Assembly (NCBI GenBank): GCA_965215565.1
Contig: CBDCDZ010000004.1
Coordinates: 320,001-384,000 of the forward strand
DNA: 64,000 bases
Direction: 5' to 3'
Source of the DNA: Trueperaceae bacterium
GTDB taxonomy: Bacteria > Deinococcota > Deinococci > Deinococcales > Trueperaceae
This document shows positions 1-9,674 of the stretch, piece by piece. The stretch's first letter is position 1. Each line of letters starts with the position of its first letter. The translations under genes were made by a program, and so were the position numbers. Under the pieces are notes generated by a model. That model saw only the letters and a list, made by a program, of their open reading frames with translations, searched no databases and was not told the DNA's origin.

Positions 1-124
1 TCTCCATCGTGCGCCCGGTGGCGCACCCTAAAACGAGGTTGGGCTTGCGGCGGAGCCTCTCAGCGACGAGCGCGGCGCAGAGCGTGGCGGCGGCTTCGGC
101 GCTGGGGCGGATGACGAGGTCCAC
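1..124 (-). CDS. nagB: Glucosamine-6-phosphate deaminase, N-terminal part (runs off the window)
   Basis: Manual translation from GTG at 124: MDLVIRPSAEAAATLCAALVAERLRRKPNLVLGCATGRTME, with the NagB-type LVLGxATGxT motif; directly downstream of murQ. Confidence 0.8.
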   Translation of the reverse strand, partial: MDLVIRPSAEAAATLCAALVAERLRRKPNLVLGCATGRTME

Positions 125-125
125 G

Positions 126-1028
126 CTAGCCCTGCGCTCTTTCTTGCGCCTTCTCCAAAGCGTCGCGCAGACGCGGATACCGCGCCAAGAGGTCGCGGCT
201 GGCTTCGGGGGAGAGGTCCGTTTCGAGCCTCAAGATCGCCTCGCTTATACTCCAATTCGTTTCGCGCAGCACCTCTTCCACCTGGGCGCTTGGTTTGCCC
301 GTCGCCGTCAGTACCATCTGTACCGCCCTTTTATAGAGCTTGTCGTTGACGGGCTTCATCCCCACCATGAGGTTTTTATAGACGCCGCCGAGTTCGGGCA
401 TGACGGCGGTGGAGAGGGCGTTGAGGGCAACTTTTTGCGCGGTTCCCGCCGCTAAGCGCGTCGAGCCAGCGATGACTTCGGGTCCGGTGGCTAAGAGGAC
501 GGGGCTCTCGGCAACGTTGAGGAGCCTCGAGCCGGGGTTGTTCGCGATGCCGACTGTAAACGCGCCTCTTGACCGGGCTTCTTCCACACCCGCCACCGTG
601 TAAGGCGTCCCTCCGCTCGCGGCTAAGCCGATGACCGCGTCCCTATCATCTACTTCAGCTTGACGTACGGCGTCGCGGGCGGCGTTTTCGTCGTCTTCCG
701 CGCCCTCTTGCGCCTGTTTGCCAGCTTCTTCGCCTCCAGCGAGCAATACGACGGTTCGGTTAAACCCGAACGTCGGCGGCAGTTCGGCGGCGTCTTGCAG
801 CGCTAAACGCCCCGACGTGCCCGCACCGATGTAGACGAGCCTACCGCCTAAGGTCAAGCGTTCGCGGATGCCAGCGGCGGCGTTCGTAAGCTCGGGTAAG
901 GCGTGAGCCACCGCTTCCACTGCGCGTTGATTCGCTCCGGTAAGAACCTCGAGCCTTCTCTCTAAGCTCCACGTATCGAACCGCTCGAAGTTCTTGTCAA
1001 CCTCTTCGGTAAAGCTAACTCTCGTCAT
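126..1028 (-). CDS. murQ: N-acetylmuramic acid 6-phosphate etherase (SIS domain)
   Basis: GAGTSGRLALQDAAELPPTFG, EGAEDD and GPEVIAGSTRLAAGTAQK motifs; start taken at ATG 1028. Confidence 0.9.
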   Translation of the reverse strand: MTRVSFTEEVDKNFERFDTWSLERRLEVLTGANQRAVEAVAHALPELTNAAAGIRERLTLGGRLVYIGAGTSGRLALQDAAELPPTFGFNRTVVLLAGGEEAGKQAQEGAEDDENAARDAVRQAEVDDRDAVIGLAASGGTPYTVAGVEEARSRGAFTVGIANNPGSRLLNVAESPVLLATGPEVIAGSTRLAAGTAQKVALNALSTAVMPELGGVYKNLMVGMKPVNDKLYKRAVQMVLTATGKPSAQVEEVLRETNWSISEAILRLETDLSPEASRDLLARYPRLRDALEKAQERAQG

Positions 1029-1035
1029 AAAACCT

Positions 1036-1767
1036 CTAAGCTCGCAGCTCGAGCAGTAGCCGGTACCTATCGCTGCGGTAGGCGCTGCGCACGTATTCGA
1101 AGGGTTGCGTGTCCATGAAGGTGGTGCGCTCAAGCGCCAACACGGGCGTGGTCTCGGAAATCGCCAGCATGTCGCGCTCGCCTCTGAGCGGCAAGCGGGC
1201 GCTGATGGCTTGTTTCGCGCCGGTCGGCACGACGCCGAACTGGGTCTGCAAGGTTTCATAGAGGCTGCTCGTTGACTTGAGCAGGTCACGGGAGAGGTCC
1301 AGATACGGCGGTGAGAGGTGCGACACTTGCAGGGCTAAGGGCTCGTCGTCGGCGGTGCGTAAGCGGCTGATGCGCAAAACAGTAGCCATTTCCTCCAACG
1401 CCAAAGCGTGAGCAACCTCTTCATCGGCTGAAACCTGCTCAATGCCTAAGAGCACGCTGCCGGGTTTGAAACCTAAGAGTTGCGCCTCGTCGGTGAAACC
1501 CTGGACGCGGTCTACGGTCTGCTCGAGCCTCCTCCCCAACACATACGTCCCCGAGCCGCGCCGCTGCTCGACATAGTGCGCCGCCGCGAGTTCCTCCAAG
1601 GCGCGGCGCACCGTCATGCGCGAGAGCCCCAGACGCTCGGCCAACACGCGCTCGGACGGGAGCGCCCTGCCCGCCTTGAACTCGCCCGCGCGAATGGCGC
1701 GTTTGAGCTGCTCGGTGAGTTGCAAGTAGGCTGGCGTAGGGAGCGTTTTGTTGATATCTAGGGTCAC
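1036..1767 (-). CDS. GntR/HutC-family regulator (NagR/DasR-like, UTRA domain)
   Basis: wHTH LPSERVLAERLGLSRMTVRRAL plus C-terminal UTRA-type region; lies inside an amino-sugar operon. Confidence 0.9.
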   Translation of the reverse strand: MTLDINKTLPTPAYLQLTEQLKRAIRAGEFKAGRALPSERVLAERLGLSRMTVRRALEELAAAHYVEQRRGSGTYVLGRRLEQTVDRVQGFTDEAQLLGFKPGSVLLGIEQVSADEEVAHALALEEMATVLRISRLRTADDEPLALQVSHLSPPYLDLSRDLLKSTSSLYETLQTQFGVVPTGAKQAISARLPLRGERDMLAISETTPVLALERTTFMDTQPFEYVRSAYRSDRYRLLLELRA

Positions 1768-2690
1768 GGGTTCGCCTCTCGCTCGCTTGCGGCTCCTGCC
1801 AGCTCGAGCGCGAGTCTAGCCGCTGCCCGCACAGGTTCGCCCGAGACGCACTTCAAAGAACTGCTCGTGGGTAGGTGACGCTCGAGCGCCGCCGCGACAA
1901 TACGATTCTGAGCAATGCCACCTGAAAAGACGACGGGTAGAGGTTCGCCTAAGCGCGTGAAGATAGTCTGCGCCAGCACCGCGAGTTCTGCGCCCGCTCG
2001 CTCTAAAATCTCTGTCGCCGCTTCGTCGCCTGCCTCCGCAGCTAGGGCGACAGCGGGGACAAGTGCGGCGACCTGACGCCGCCCGCCGCCGTAGACCACC
2101 TCGATGATGTCGTCCCAAAACTCGCTTCCTAACGCTCTATAGACCTCTCGCGCAAGAGGTCTCGTGTCGGGTTGCCCACGCTTATCGAACCAGCGCAGCA
2201 CCTGTCTCAACCCCTGCTGACCGATCCAGAAGCCGCCGCCCGCGTCGTCGATGAGGTAGCCGTAGCCGCCCGCCCGAACGACTTCTCCCCCCAAGCTCAC
2301 GTGATAGGCGATGCTGCCCGTGCCCGCGTAGACGAGCACGCCTTCACTCGGACCCAGCACGCTCGCGTACGCTACGGACATATCATTGTCTAAACGCACT
2401 TGTTCGGGACCCAGCTCGAGCGCACGGCAAATCTCACGCTGGAGCGTCTCGGCGGCGGGCGTATCCTTGTGAAGTCCAGTGATGCCCCCTACAACCGCGT
2501 CCGGTTGCGCAATCTTAGCAGCGCTCTGGAGCACCTCTTGCAAACGTCCCAAGTTCTCCGCTCGCCCCTCGTCTGTAAAGATGTGACCCGTGATAGGCGG
2601 CGCACTGCCCGAGCCAACTTCGTGACCCTGTTCGTCCAGCAAAAGCCAGCGGCTGCTCGAGCCCCCCGTGTCCAGCCCCAAACCGATCAT
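1764..2690 (-). CDS. BadF/BadG-type N-acetylhexosamine kinase
   Basis: GLDTGGSSS, DND, AGTGSIA and GGYGYLIDDAGGGFWIG motifs. Confidence 0.85.
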   Translation of the reverse strand: MIGLGLDTGGSSSRWLLLDEQGHEVGSGSAPPITGHIFTDEGRAENLGRLQEVLQSAAKIAQPDAVVGGITGLHKDTPAAETLQREICRALELGPEQVRLDNDMSVAYASVLGPSEGVLVYAGTGSIAYHVSLGGEVVRAGGYGYLIDDAGGGFWIGQQGLRQVLRWFDKRGQPDTRPLAREVYRALGSEFWDDIIEVVYGGGRRQVAALVPAVALAAEAGDEAATEILERAGAELAVLAQTIFTRLGEPLPVVFSGGIAQNRIVAAALERHLPTSSSLKCVSGEPVRAAARLALELAGAASEREANP

Positions 2691-3355
2691 GTGTTCTCCG
2701 GTACAGCGGTAACGAAGCGTCTGGTGATTTCTGTAGGATTTGTAATCGCCGTGCCGATGACGACGGCGTGGGCTCCTGAGTCGAACGCTCGAGCGACTTG
2801 CTCAGGGGTCCAGAAGCGCCCCTCTGCAACGACGGGAAGGTCCACCGCCCGGACGAGTTCGCGCAAGAGGTCAAAGTCCGGTGTGTCCGTGCACGTCGTA
2901 TAAGAGGTATAGCCCGAGAGCGTCGTAGAGACGTAGTCCGCGCCCGCCTCGGCAGCGGCGACGCCCTCTTCCAAGGTGGCAATATCCGCGAAGATAGGGC
3001 GCTGCAACTCAGCCCTGACCTTATTCAGAAACCCTTCTCCTTCGGGATGCGCCCTCAAAGTGGTGTCGATGGCGACGAGGTCCGCACCCGCCTCCGCTAT
3101 CGCCCTGGCACTTTCTAGCGTCGGCGTGATGTAGGGCTCGAAATCGGAAAGCTCGAGCTTCCATAGCCCAATAAGAGGCAGGCTGCTCACCTCTTTGATC
3201 GCCCGAATATCCTCTGGACCATTCGCCCTGAGCGCCGCTGCGCCGCCCAACTCCGCCGCCTTCGCCATCGCCGCCATGAACACAGGACCGTGCAAGGGAC
3301 TCCCCGGCTGCGCCTGACACGACACGATGAGACCTCTTGGAAGAATTTCGTCCAC
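2687..3355 (-). CDS. nanE: N-acetylmannosamine-6-phosphate 2-epimerase
   Basis: GLIVSCQA, YITPT, TTLSGYT, AEGR and VIGTAITNP motifs. Confidence 0.92.
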   Translation of the reverse strand: MDEILPRGLIVSCQAQPGSPLHGPVFMAAMAKAAELGGAAALRANGPEDIRAIKEVSSLPLIGLWKLELSDFEPYITPTLESARAIAEAGADLVAIDTTLRAHPEGEGFLNKVRAELQRPIFADIATLEEGVAAAEAGADYVSTTLSGYTSYTTCTDTPDFDLLRELVRAVDLPVVAEGRFWTPEQVARAFDSGAHAVVIGTAITNPTEITRRFVTAVPENT

Positions 3356-3356
3356 C

Positions 3357-4481
3357 TCAGCCCACCACCTTGTGACCCGCAACGTAGACCTCTAAAACTT
3401 GCAAGTCGTCATCCAAAAGAATGAGGTCCGCGCGTTTGCCCACCTCTAAACGCCCTCTATCCGTCAGACCTAGATAGCGAGCGGGCACGTCCGACAAGAG
3501 CGTGCTGACCTGCGCTAACGGTACGCCTACGTTGTAAGCGTTGCGTAGAGCTTGGTCAAGCGTCAACACGCTGCCTGCTAGCGTGCCGCCCTCTAAACGC
3601 GCCGCGCCTTCTGAAACCGTCACAGTTTGTCCGCCTAGCTCCGTCTCACCTTCTCGTAGACCACATGCCCGAATCGCATCGGTGATGAGGTGCAGACGTT
3701 CAGGTTTAGCGCTCAGCGCAGCTAAAAAGCTACCCGGATGGACGTGGTGCGTGTCGAGGATGAGTTCGGCGTAGGCGTCTCTTTCCGCAAGCGCCGCGCC
3801 GACTGCGCCGGGTGCGCGGCTTTCTAAGGCGCTCATCGCGTTATAGAGGTGGGTAAAGCCGACTACGCCGCCGACTTCTCGAGCCTTGTTGATAAGAGTT
3901 CTAACCTCCTCAAACGTCGCATTCGTATGTCCAATACTTACGCGCACACCCGCTTGTGCAAAGTGCTTTGCGGCTCGAAGCGCACCAGCAATCTCGGGTG
4001 CTAAGGTCACGAGCTTGACAATACCAAGGTCTAACACCTCTCGGACGTGTTCGGCGGTTGGCTCTAACGTATGCGCAGGCTGCGCCCCCAACCGCTCCGG
4101 GCTGATGAAGGGACCTTCCAAATGTGCGCCAGGGATGCTCGGCAGCGTCTCATCTCCCTGCCCCGCAACCTCTTTCACGCCGCGCAGTGCACCTAAAACC
4201 TCTTCCCAAGGATTTGTCATCGTCGTTGGCAGAAGCGTCGTCGTGCCGCGCTGGAGGTGAAAACGAGCCAGCGTGCGCACGCCCTGTGCGCCGTCCATCG
4301 TGTCGCCGCCATCGCCACCGTGTACGTGGGTGTCGATGAAACCCGGCAGGATGTACGGACCGCCCGCTGCCACCGTAGATGTCGCTGTAAAAAGGTTGAG
4401 CGCTTCGATCTGTTCGTCAAAGCGCACTTCGCCCATCCGAACGCCACCGGAAGAAACGAGTTGACCCCTTAGCTTTGTCAT
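3357..4481 (-). CDS. nagA: N-acetylglucosamine-6-phosphate deacetylase
   Basis: PGFIDTHVHG, HLEGPF, GHT, THLYNAM, TDA and LAGS motifs. Confidence 0.93.
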   Translation of the reverse strand: MTKLRGQLVSSGGVRMGEVRFDEQIEALNLFTATSTVAAGGPYILPGFIDTHVHGGDGGDTMDGAQGVRTLARFHLQRGTTTLLPTTMTNPWEEVLGALRGVKEVAGQGDETLPSIPGAHLEGPFISPERLGAQPAHTLEPTAEHVREVLDLGIVKLVTLAPEIAGALRAAKHFAQAGVRVSIGHTNATFEEVRTLINKAREVGGVVGFTHLYNAMSALESRAPGAVGAALAERDAYAELILDTHHVHPGSFLAALSAKPERLHLITDAIRACGLREGETELGGQTVTVSEGAARLEGGTLAGSVLTLDQALRNAYNVGVPLAQVSTLLSDVPARYLGLTDRGRLEVGKRADLILLDDDLQVLEVYVAGHKVVG

Positions 4482-4543
4482 TTTCGAGCCCGCCACGCGC
4501 ATCTATTCCTACCGAACTCACCACGCCATCTTTCCATTTTGCC

Positions 4544-4588
4544 TAGTATACCCTATACCAATCCCTTACCACTACTTGACAACTTGTG
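4544..4588. promoter_or_regulatory. Candidate NagR/DasR-type (dre-like) operator in the divergent promoter
   Basis: Minus strand ATTGGTATAGGG (4551-4562) plus AGTGGT and AGTTGTC half-sites, overlapping TTGACA; resembles dre half-sites. Confidence 0.45.
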
Positions 4589-4658
4589 CACCGTGCGCGG
4601 TACAATATTCGGAGCAGCGTCACAACAATTATGTAGGAATATTCCAAGGAGGTAGAAC

Positions 4659-5909
4659 GTGAAGCGTTGGCTTTCGGTTTTGTTGGTTGCGTTTTTGGTG
4701 TCGGTAGGGACGGCGCAGGCGCAAGAAGAGGTTGAACTCGAGATGTGGACCCTCGCCCTCTCGCCCACCTTTGACGACTACATCAACGGCGTCATCTCTG
4801 AATTTGAGGAGGAGGTTTCGAACGAGGAGCGCACCGTCACGGTCAACTGGGTAGACCTTCCTGACGGCGGCTTCCCGGACAAGTTCTTTGCCTCTATCGC
4901 TGCAGGCGAAGCGCCCGACGTGGTGAACCTCAATACCGCAAGGATGCGCACCGCCGTGCGTGAAGACGCGCTCGTCAACCTCTCCGAAGCGGCAACGGAG
5001 GAGCAACTGAGCATCTACTTCCCTTCACTCTTAGAGTCCTCCTCAGTCGAGGGCAACGTCTACGCCTTCCCCTGGTATCAAGCGCCCACCATCCTGATGT
5101 ACAACAAATCTCTATTCGAAGAGGCGGGGCTTGACCCGGAAGCTGCGCCCGGTAGCTACGAAGAGGTCTTTGGCGCGGCGCTTTCCATCCGCGAGGGGCT
5201 CCTCCTAGACGGCATCAACCTCTTGCCCTTCCCGGAGGATTGGCTTGTTCAGAACGATGTCCCAATTCTCAACGAGGACGACACCGCCGCTGCCTTCAAT
5301 ACTCCTGAGGGCGTCGCCGCGCTGCAGACTTACATGGACGCCGTCGAAAACCGCGCTATTAGCCGCGAGACGATCAGCAACACCACCGACGAGGCGGGCT
5401 ACCAAAACGCCATCGGCGACTTCGCCGGCGGACAGGTCGCCATGCTGGTCTCGGGACCCCAGTTTTTGCGCACCGTCGAGTCGGACGGTCCCGACGTGTA
5501 CGAGAACTTAGGACTCGCGCCGTATCCGCAAACCGAAACGGGCATCATCCCCAACGCGATTCAGAACATGGTGGTCCCTGCGGCGAGCGACAACGTCGAG
5601 CTTGCGGTTGAACTCGCCAACTGGATGACGAACGACGAGAACCAGCTTGCATTCGCCAAGCTCGTCTCCATCTTCCCCTCCACCATAGAAGCCGCCCAAG
5701 ACCCCTTCTTCTGCTCGGACCAGGAGAGCTTAGAAGGACGTGCCCGCTGCATCCAAGCGGAGTCGGTGGAGCGCAGCTTCGACAACCAGGTGCGCACCGA
5801 CATCAGAGACGCCATCCGCCGCCAGTTCGCCGAGGCGATGCTCGGGCAAAAAGACGCGGAGACCGCGTTAAGTGAGGCGGAGTCGGCGGTGAATAATATT
5901 CTGCAGTAG
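4659..5909 (+). CDS. Sugar ABC transporter substrate-binding protein
   Basis: Signal peptide; AAGEAPDVV and PWY...YNKSLF motifs; AGGAGG RBS. Confidence 0.9.
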   Translation: MKRWLSVLLVAFLVSVGTAQAQEEVELEMWTLALSPTFDDYINGVISEFEEEVSNEERTVTVNWVDLPDGGFPDKFFASIAAGEAPDVVNLNTARMRTAVREDALVNLSEAATEEQLSIYFPSLLESSSVEGNVYAFPWYQAPTILMYNKSLFEEAGLDPEAAPGSYEEVFGAALSIREGLLLDGINLLPFPEDWLVQNDVPILNEDDTAAAFNTPEGVAALQTYMDAVENRAISRETISNTTDEAGYQNAIGDFAGGQVAMLVSGPQFLRTVESDGPDVYENLGLAPYPQTETGIIPNAIQNMVVPAASDNVELAVELANWMTNDENQLAFAKLVSIFPSTIEAAQDPFFCSDQESLEGRARCIQAESVERSFDNQVRTDIRDAIRRQFAEAMLGQKDAETALSEAESAVNNILQ

Positions 5910-5960
5910 GAGGGGCTCGAGTTGCCTAATAGCTTACCTGGAATAGAGTTTTTTATAGGG

Positions 5961-6040
5961 AGCAATGAGTTGAAAGCAATGAGCAATGAGTGAAGACCAA
6001 AACCTTTAGACTCATTGCTCATTGCTCGGTACTTATTGCT
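5961..6040. repeat. Inverted heptamer array, (AGCAATG)n-spacer-(CATTGCT)n, copy 1
   Basis: 7-bp periodicity on both arms; homologous copies at 7190 and 16019. Confidence 0.85.
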
Positions 6041-6067
6041 ATCATTCTCAGAAATAGACACTTATTA

Positions 6068-6173
6068 TAGCCATTTCACTTATCGTTGCACCACTGCAAA
6101 TATCATCCCTGAACGTGCGTGCTAGGCGATGTTCTTTCCAGTGAGAGTGTAGCTGACCAGATGATACCTGCTA
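6068..6173. mobile_element. MITE, TAGCAG family (minimal 106-bp form), TTA target duplication
   Basis: TAGCCA...CCAGATGATACCTGCTA flanked by TTA on both sides. Confidence 0.8.
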
Positions 6174-6204
6174 TTAGTCTCGAGGCTTAAAAGAAAGACA
6201 TCCC

Positions 6205-7140
6205 TTGGCTACTTCTGCAAAATCCGTCCCCTCGACTCCCGCTCGCGCCGCCAAGCTCCGGCGCGAGGCGAGCTTCGGGTGGCTCATGGTCTCGCCCGCA
6301 CTTCTCATCTTTTCGGCGTTCGTGCTCTTTCCCATCCTCGTCGGTCTCCCTCTCGCTTTCTTTGAAGTGACGATTCGCCGCGCCGGGGTTGACCTCGACT
6401 GGGTAGGTCTGTCGCACTTTCGCCGCTTGGCGAGCGACGCGAACTTCTGGAGCGCCATGTGGCACTCGCTTCTCTACCTCTTGGTAGTGCCGCCCTTACA
6501 ACTCTTCTCCATCGTCTTGGCGGTCTTGCTCAATCAGAAGTTGCCGGGGACGGTGGTCTTTCGGACGATGTACTACATCCCTGTCGTGACCTCGATTGTG
6601 GCGGTGGGCATCACGTGGCGGCTCATCTATCAAGATAGAGGGGTCGTCAACGGTTTACTCGCGTCACTGGGCGTGATTCATCCCTTGGACCCTATTGGCT
6701 TTTTGTCTGACCCAAACGTGGCGCTATGGGCAGTCATGAGTGTGACGCTCTGGAAGGGCATCGGCTACTACATGGTTATCTATCTGGCGGGATTGCAGGG
6801 CATTCCGAAAGAACTCACCGAGGCGGCGCGCATCGACGGCGCGGGCTACGCGCAAAGTGTTTGGTTCGTGACGATTCCGCTCTTGCGCCCGTTCGTCCTT
6901 CTGTGCAGCCTCCTCTCGACGATTGCCGCGTTGCGCGTGTTCGACGAGGTCTGGGTCATGACAAAAGGTGGACCTGTCGGCTCGACGTCGGTGGCAAACA
7001 CGTACCTTTACCGGACGGGCTTCGAGCAAGTTCAATACGGCTATGCGGCGGCGGTGGGTCTAGCCATCGGCGTGGTGGTGCTCATCGTGTCGGTGGCGGT
7101 GTTTATCTTCAATCGGCGCGGCGGGGTGAGGGCGTATTAG
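6205..7140 (+). CDS. Sugar ABC transporter permease
   Basis: Multiple TM segments; EAARIDGA motif. Confidence 0.92.
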   Translation: MATSAKSVPSTPARAAKLRREASFGWLMVSPALLIFSAFVLFPILVGLPLAFFEVTIRRAGVDLDWVGLSHFRRLASDANFWSAMWHSLLYLLVVPPLQLFSIVLAVLLNQKLPGTVVFRTMYYIPVVTSIVAVGITWRLIYQDRGVVNGLLASLGVIHPLDPIGFLSDPNVALWAVMSVTLWKGIGYYMVIYLAGLQGIPKELTEAARIDGAGYAQSVWFVTIPLLRPFVLLCSLLSTIAALRVFDEVWVMTKGGPVGSTSVANTYLYRTGFEQVQYGYAAAVGLAIGVVVLIVSVAVFIFNRRGGVRAY

Positions 7141-7189
7141 GGAGACCCAGTTGCGCAATAACCCGTTTAGGATGCGGTTTCTTATAGGG

Positions 7190-7290
7190 AGCAATCCCCT
7201 TTCGGGGACGAACGGTGAGTTGAAAGCAATGAGCAATGAGTCTAAAGGCTCTATTTTTCACTCATTGCTCATTGCTCGTTGCTCATTGCT
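7190..7290. repeat. Inverted heptamer array copy 2, with a 21-bp insertion at 7196-7216
   Basis: Aligns to 5961-6040 except for extra CCCCTTTCGGGGACGAACGGT. Confidence 0.85.
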
Positions 7291-7331
7291 AAAATATCCA
7301 TGCGAGTTTCAAACGAGTCCAAGGTCCGTGT

Positions 7332-8150
7332 ATGACTAAAGCGTTACGCTGGACGCTCCTCTACGCGCTCCTCCTCTTCTTCGCGCTGGTCTCCGTCGGT
7401 CCTTTCTTGTGGCTCGTCTCGACGTCACTCAAGTCGGGCAACGTCTTCGCCTATCCGCCGCAGCTTTTACCCGAAGAGCCGACGTTAGAGGCGTATATCA
7501 CCGTCTGGAACGCCCAAGACATGCCCCGCTTTCTGTGGAACACCGTGCTCATCACCTTTTGGGGCGTATTTGCGAACGTGGCGCTCTCGTCCACGGCGGG
7601 CTACGCTCTGGCGCGGGTGCGCTTTCCGGGGCGCAACATTATCTTCGGGCTCATCTTGTCTACGCTCGTTTTGCCCGACACGGTGGGCATCATCGTCAAC
7701 TTCATCACGCTGGCGCGGCTCGGGCTCATCAATACGATCATCGGCGTGGTGCTACCTTACGCGGTGGTGGCGGTCAATATCTTTATCATGCGGCAAGCCT
7801 TTATCGGCATCCCGAGCGAGCTAGAAGACGCCGCCCGTATCGACGGGGCGAGCGCGTTCGGCATCTGGTGGCGCATCATGCTGCCACTGGTGCGCCCTGC
7901 CTTGATGACGGTGGTAATCTTTCAGTTCGTCAACATGTGGAACCTCTACATCTGGCCCCTCATCGTGTTACAAGACCCGGACAAGTATCCGCTGTCGGTA
8001 GCGATTGCCAGTTTGACGCAAGGGGAGCTGTCGCTGAACTTTTCGAACATCGCGGCGGCGACGGTGATTTCAATTGTTCCGGTAATCATCTTGTTTTTAG
8101 CCTTACAGCGCTACTTTATCGAAGGCTTAGCGGGCTCGGTGAAAGGGTGA
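7332..8150 (+). CDS. Sugar ABC transporter permease
   Basis: EDAARIDGA motif; ends GSVKG. Confidence 0.92.
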   Translation: MTKALRWTLLYALLLFFALVSVGPFLWLVSTSLKSGNVFAYPPQLLPEEPTLEAYITVWNAQDMPRFLWNTVLITFWGVFANVALSSTAGYALARVRFPGRNIIFGLILSTLVLPDTVGIIVNFITLARLGLINTIIGVVLPYAVVAVNIFIMRQAFIGIPSELEDAARIDGASAFGIWWRIMLPLVRPALMTVVIFQFVNMWNLYIWPLIVLQDPDKYPLSVAIASLTQGELSLNFSNIAAATVISIVPVIILFLALQRYFIEGLAGSVKG

Positions 8151-8162
8151 AGTCGGGCTGAC

Positions 8163-9647
8163 GTGACCCTCCTCCTCGTCCCCCCCGACACGCGCCCGCC
8201 GACGCTGGCGTTTCCCCGTAACCTCGCTCTAGCTGTTGGCTTGAACGTTCTTGTCCCGCCACCGAACGCGCTCAACACAATCAACGAACCCGGCGATACT
8301 GAAGTTTTGCGTGAATGGCTTTTGGACAACGCCGCTGACGCTTCGCTTCTTATCGTGTCGCTCGAGACCCTCACCTTGGGCGGCATGATTCCGGCGCGGC
8401 GGGTAGATACTTCTTCGGAAGAGGTAAAGGAGAGGCTCGAGCTTTTACGAACCCTAAAAGAGGTCAATCCTGAGCTGCGCACCTTAGCGCACGGCGTCAT
8501 CGTACGTGTGGCTCACGATAATGATCCAATAGAAGAAAAGTCTTACTACGGCGTGTGGGGTGACGCTTTGCGGCGCTACTCTGAGCTGAGTGACCGCGCT
8601 TCAAGAGGTGAAGACGTTTCTTTGGAGACAAGCGAGCTACCCGAAGAGATTTTAGAGGACTGGCTCACCACGCGGCGGCGCAACCATCGGCTTCACCTAG
8701 ACGCTTTGGACCTCGTAGCGGAAGGAGTGCTAGAACACCTGTGTTTGACGTTGGACGACACGAGCACCTACGGACTCGCCGCGCAGGACAGGCGGGGGTT
8801 AGAAGCGAAAACGGATAACTTGGGTTTGTGGTCACAGGTAGATATCTACCCTGGTGCAGATGAGGTTTCCGCGACTCTGTTAGCAAGAGCGCTCAATCCC
8901 GAACCCCTTAGAGTAGCGGTGTGCTATCCGAATGCAAAGAGTCCTTTAGTAGAACTGCGCTACGAAGACCGCTGTCTGGGTGAACTCGTCAAGGCGCACG
9001 TGCGGGCAGCGCGCGCGGTAGAGGTTGAGCGTGTCGAGGACGCCGACCTTATCTTGGCGGTGAACGCGCCCGCACTGAAACAAGGAGAGGTGCAGCCGGA
9101 TTACGCGAATGTAGACACCGCTGAGCGACACTTGCCGTTATTTGTAGAGAGCGTGAAAGGGTGGTTGGGGCAAGGCACCCCCGTCACCCTCGCCGACGTC
9201 GCCTACGCCAACGGAGCCGAAGCGCGGCTCATGAGGTTGCTCGCCGCACAAATACGGCTGAGTGACCTCTCCGGTTTTAGCGCGTGGAATACGGCGGGCA
9301 ATTCGCTGGGTGGCGCGTTGGCGCAAGGACTGCTTGCACATAGGATAGAAAACCAGGAGAAATGGCTCGAGCTGCGTTTCAACCGCTTCGTGGACGACTA
9401 CCTCTACCAAACTCACGTCCGCGCCGAAGTTTATATAGCGTTGCCCAATCCCGACCCCTTCGACCTCGGTGAGCAAGTCGAGCAAGCCGAAATTATGATC
9501 GATGAGCGCATTCGACCTCTCGCTGAAACCCTTTGGGCTGAGCATTTCGCAGATGAAACGCACGACCTCGTCTGGCAGCCTGCCCGCCTCGCCTGGGCGC
9601 GTCTCTTTACGGGAGTGTTTGGGCTCGAGGTGAAAGCGAGAGCGTAA
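8163..9647 (+). CDS. DUF4127-family protein
   Basis: N-terminal VPPDTRP, YPGADEV, DVAYANGAE and AWNTAGNSLG motifs typical of this family. Confidence 0.75.
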   Translation: MTLLLVPPDTRPPTLAFPRNLALAVGLNVLVPPPNALNTINEPGDTEVLREWLLDNAADASLLIVSLETLTLGGMIPARRVDTSSEEVKERLELLRTLKEVNPELRTLAHGVIVRVAHDNDPIEEKSYYGVWGDALRRYSELSDRASRGEDVSLETSELPEEILEDWLTTRRRNHRLHLDALDLVAEGVLEHLCLTLDDTSTYGLAAQDRRGLEAKTDNLGLWSQVDIYPGADEVSATLLARALNPEPLRVAVCYPNAKSPLVELRYEDRCLGELVKAHVRAARAVEVERVEDADLILAVNAPALKQGEVQPDYANVDTAERHLPLFVESVKGWLGQGTPVTLADVAYANGAEARLMRLLAAQIRLSDLSGFSAWNTAGNSLGGALAQGLLAHRIENQEKWLELRFNRFVDDYLYQTHVRAEVYIALPNPDPFDLGEQVEQAEIMIDERIRPLAETLWAEHFADETHDLVWQPARLAWARLFTGVFGLEVKARA

Positions 9648-9674
9648 TATGTTTAGGGATTCTGACGGCGTTCG

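Noticed and set aside
5561..7339. Short ORFs sharing the peptide AMSNESKG (5561-6061, 7151-7339)
   Set aside because: The similarity comes from translating the heptamer repeat; no RBS or coding evidence
7409..8161. 250-aa alternate-frame ORF and the many similar antisense ORFs
   Set aside because: Shadow ORFs of high-GC genes, fully overlapping well-supported CDSs
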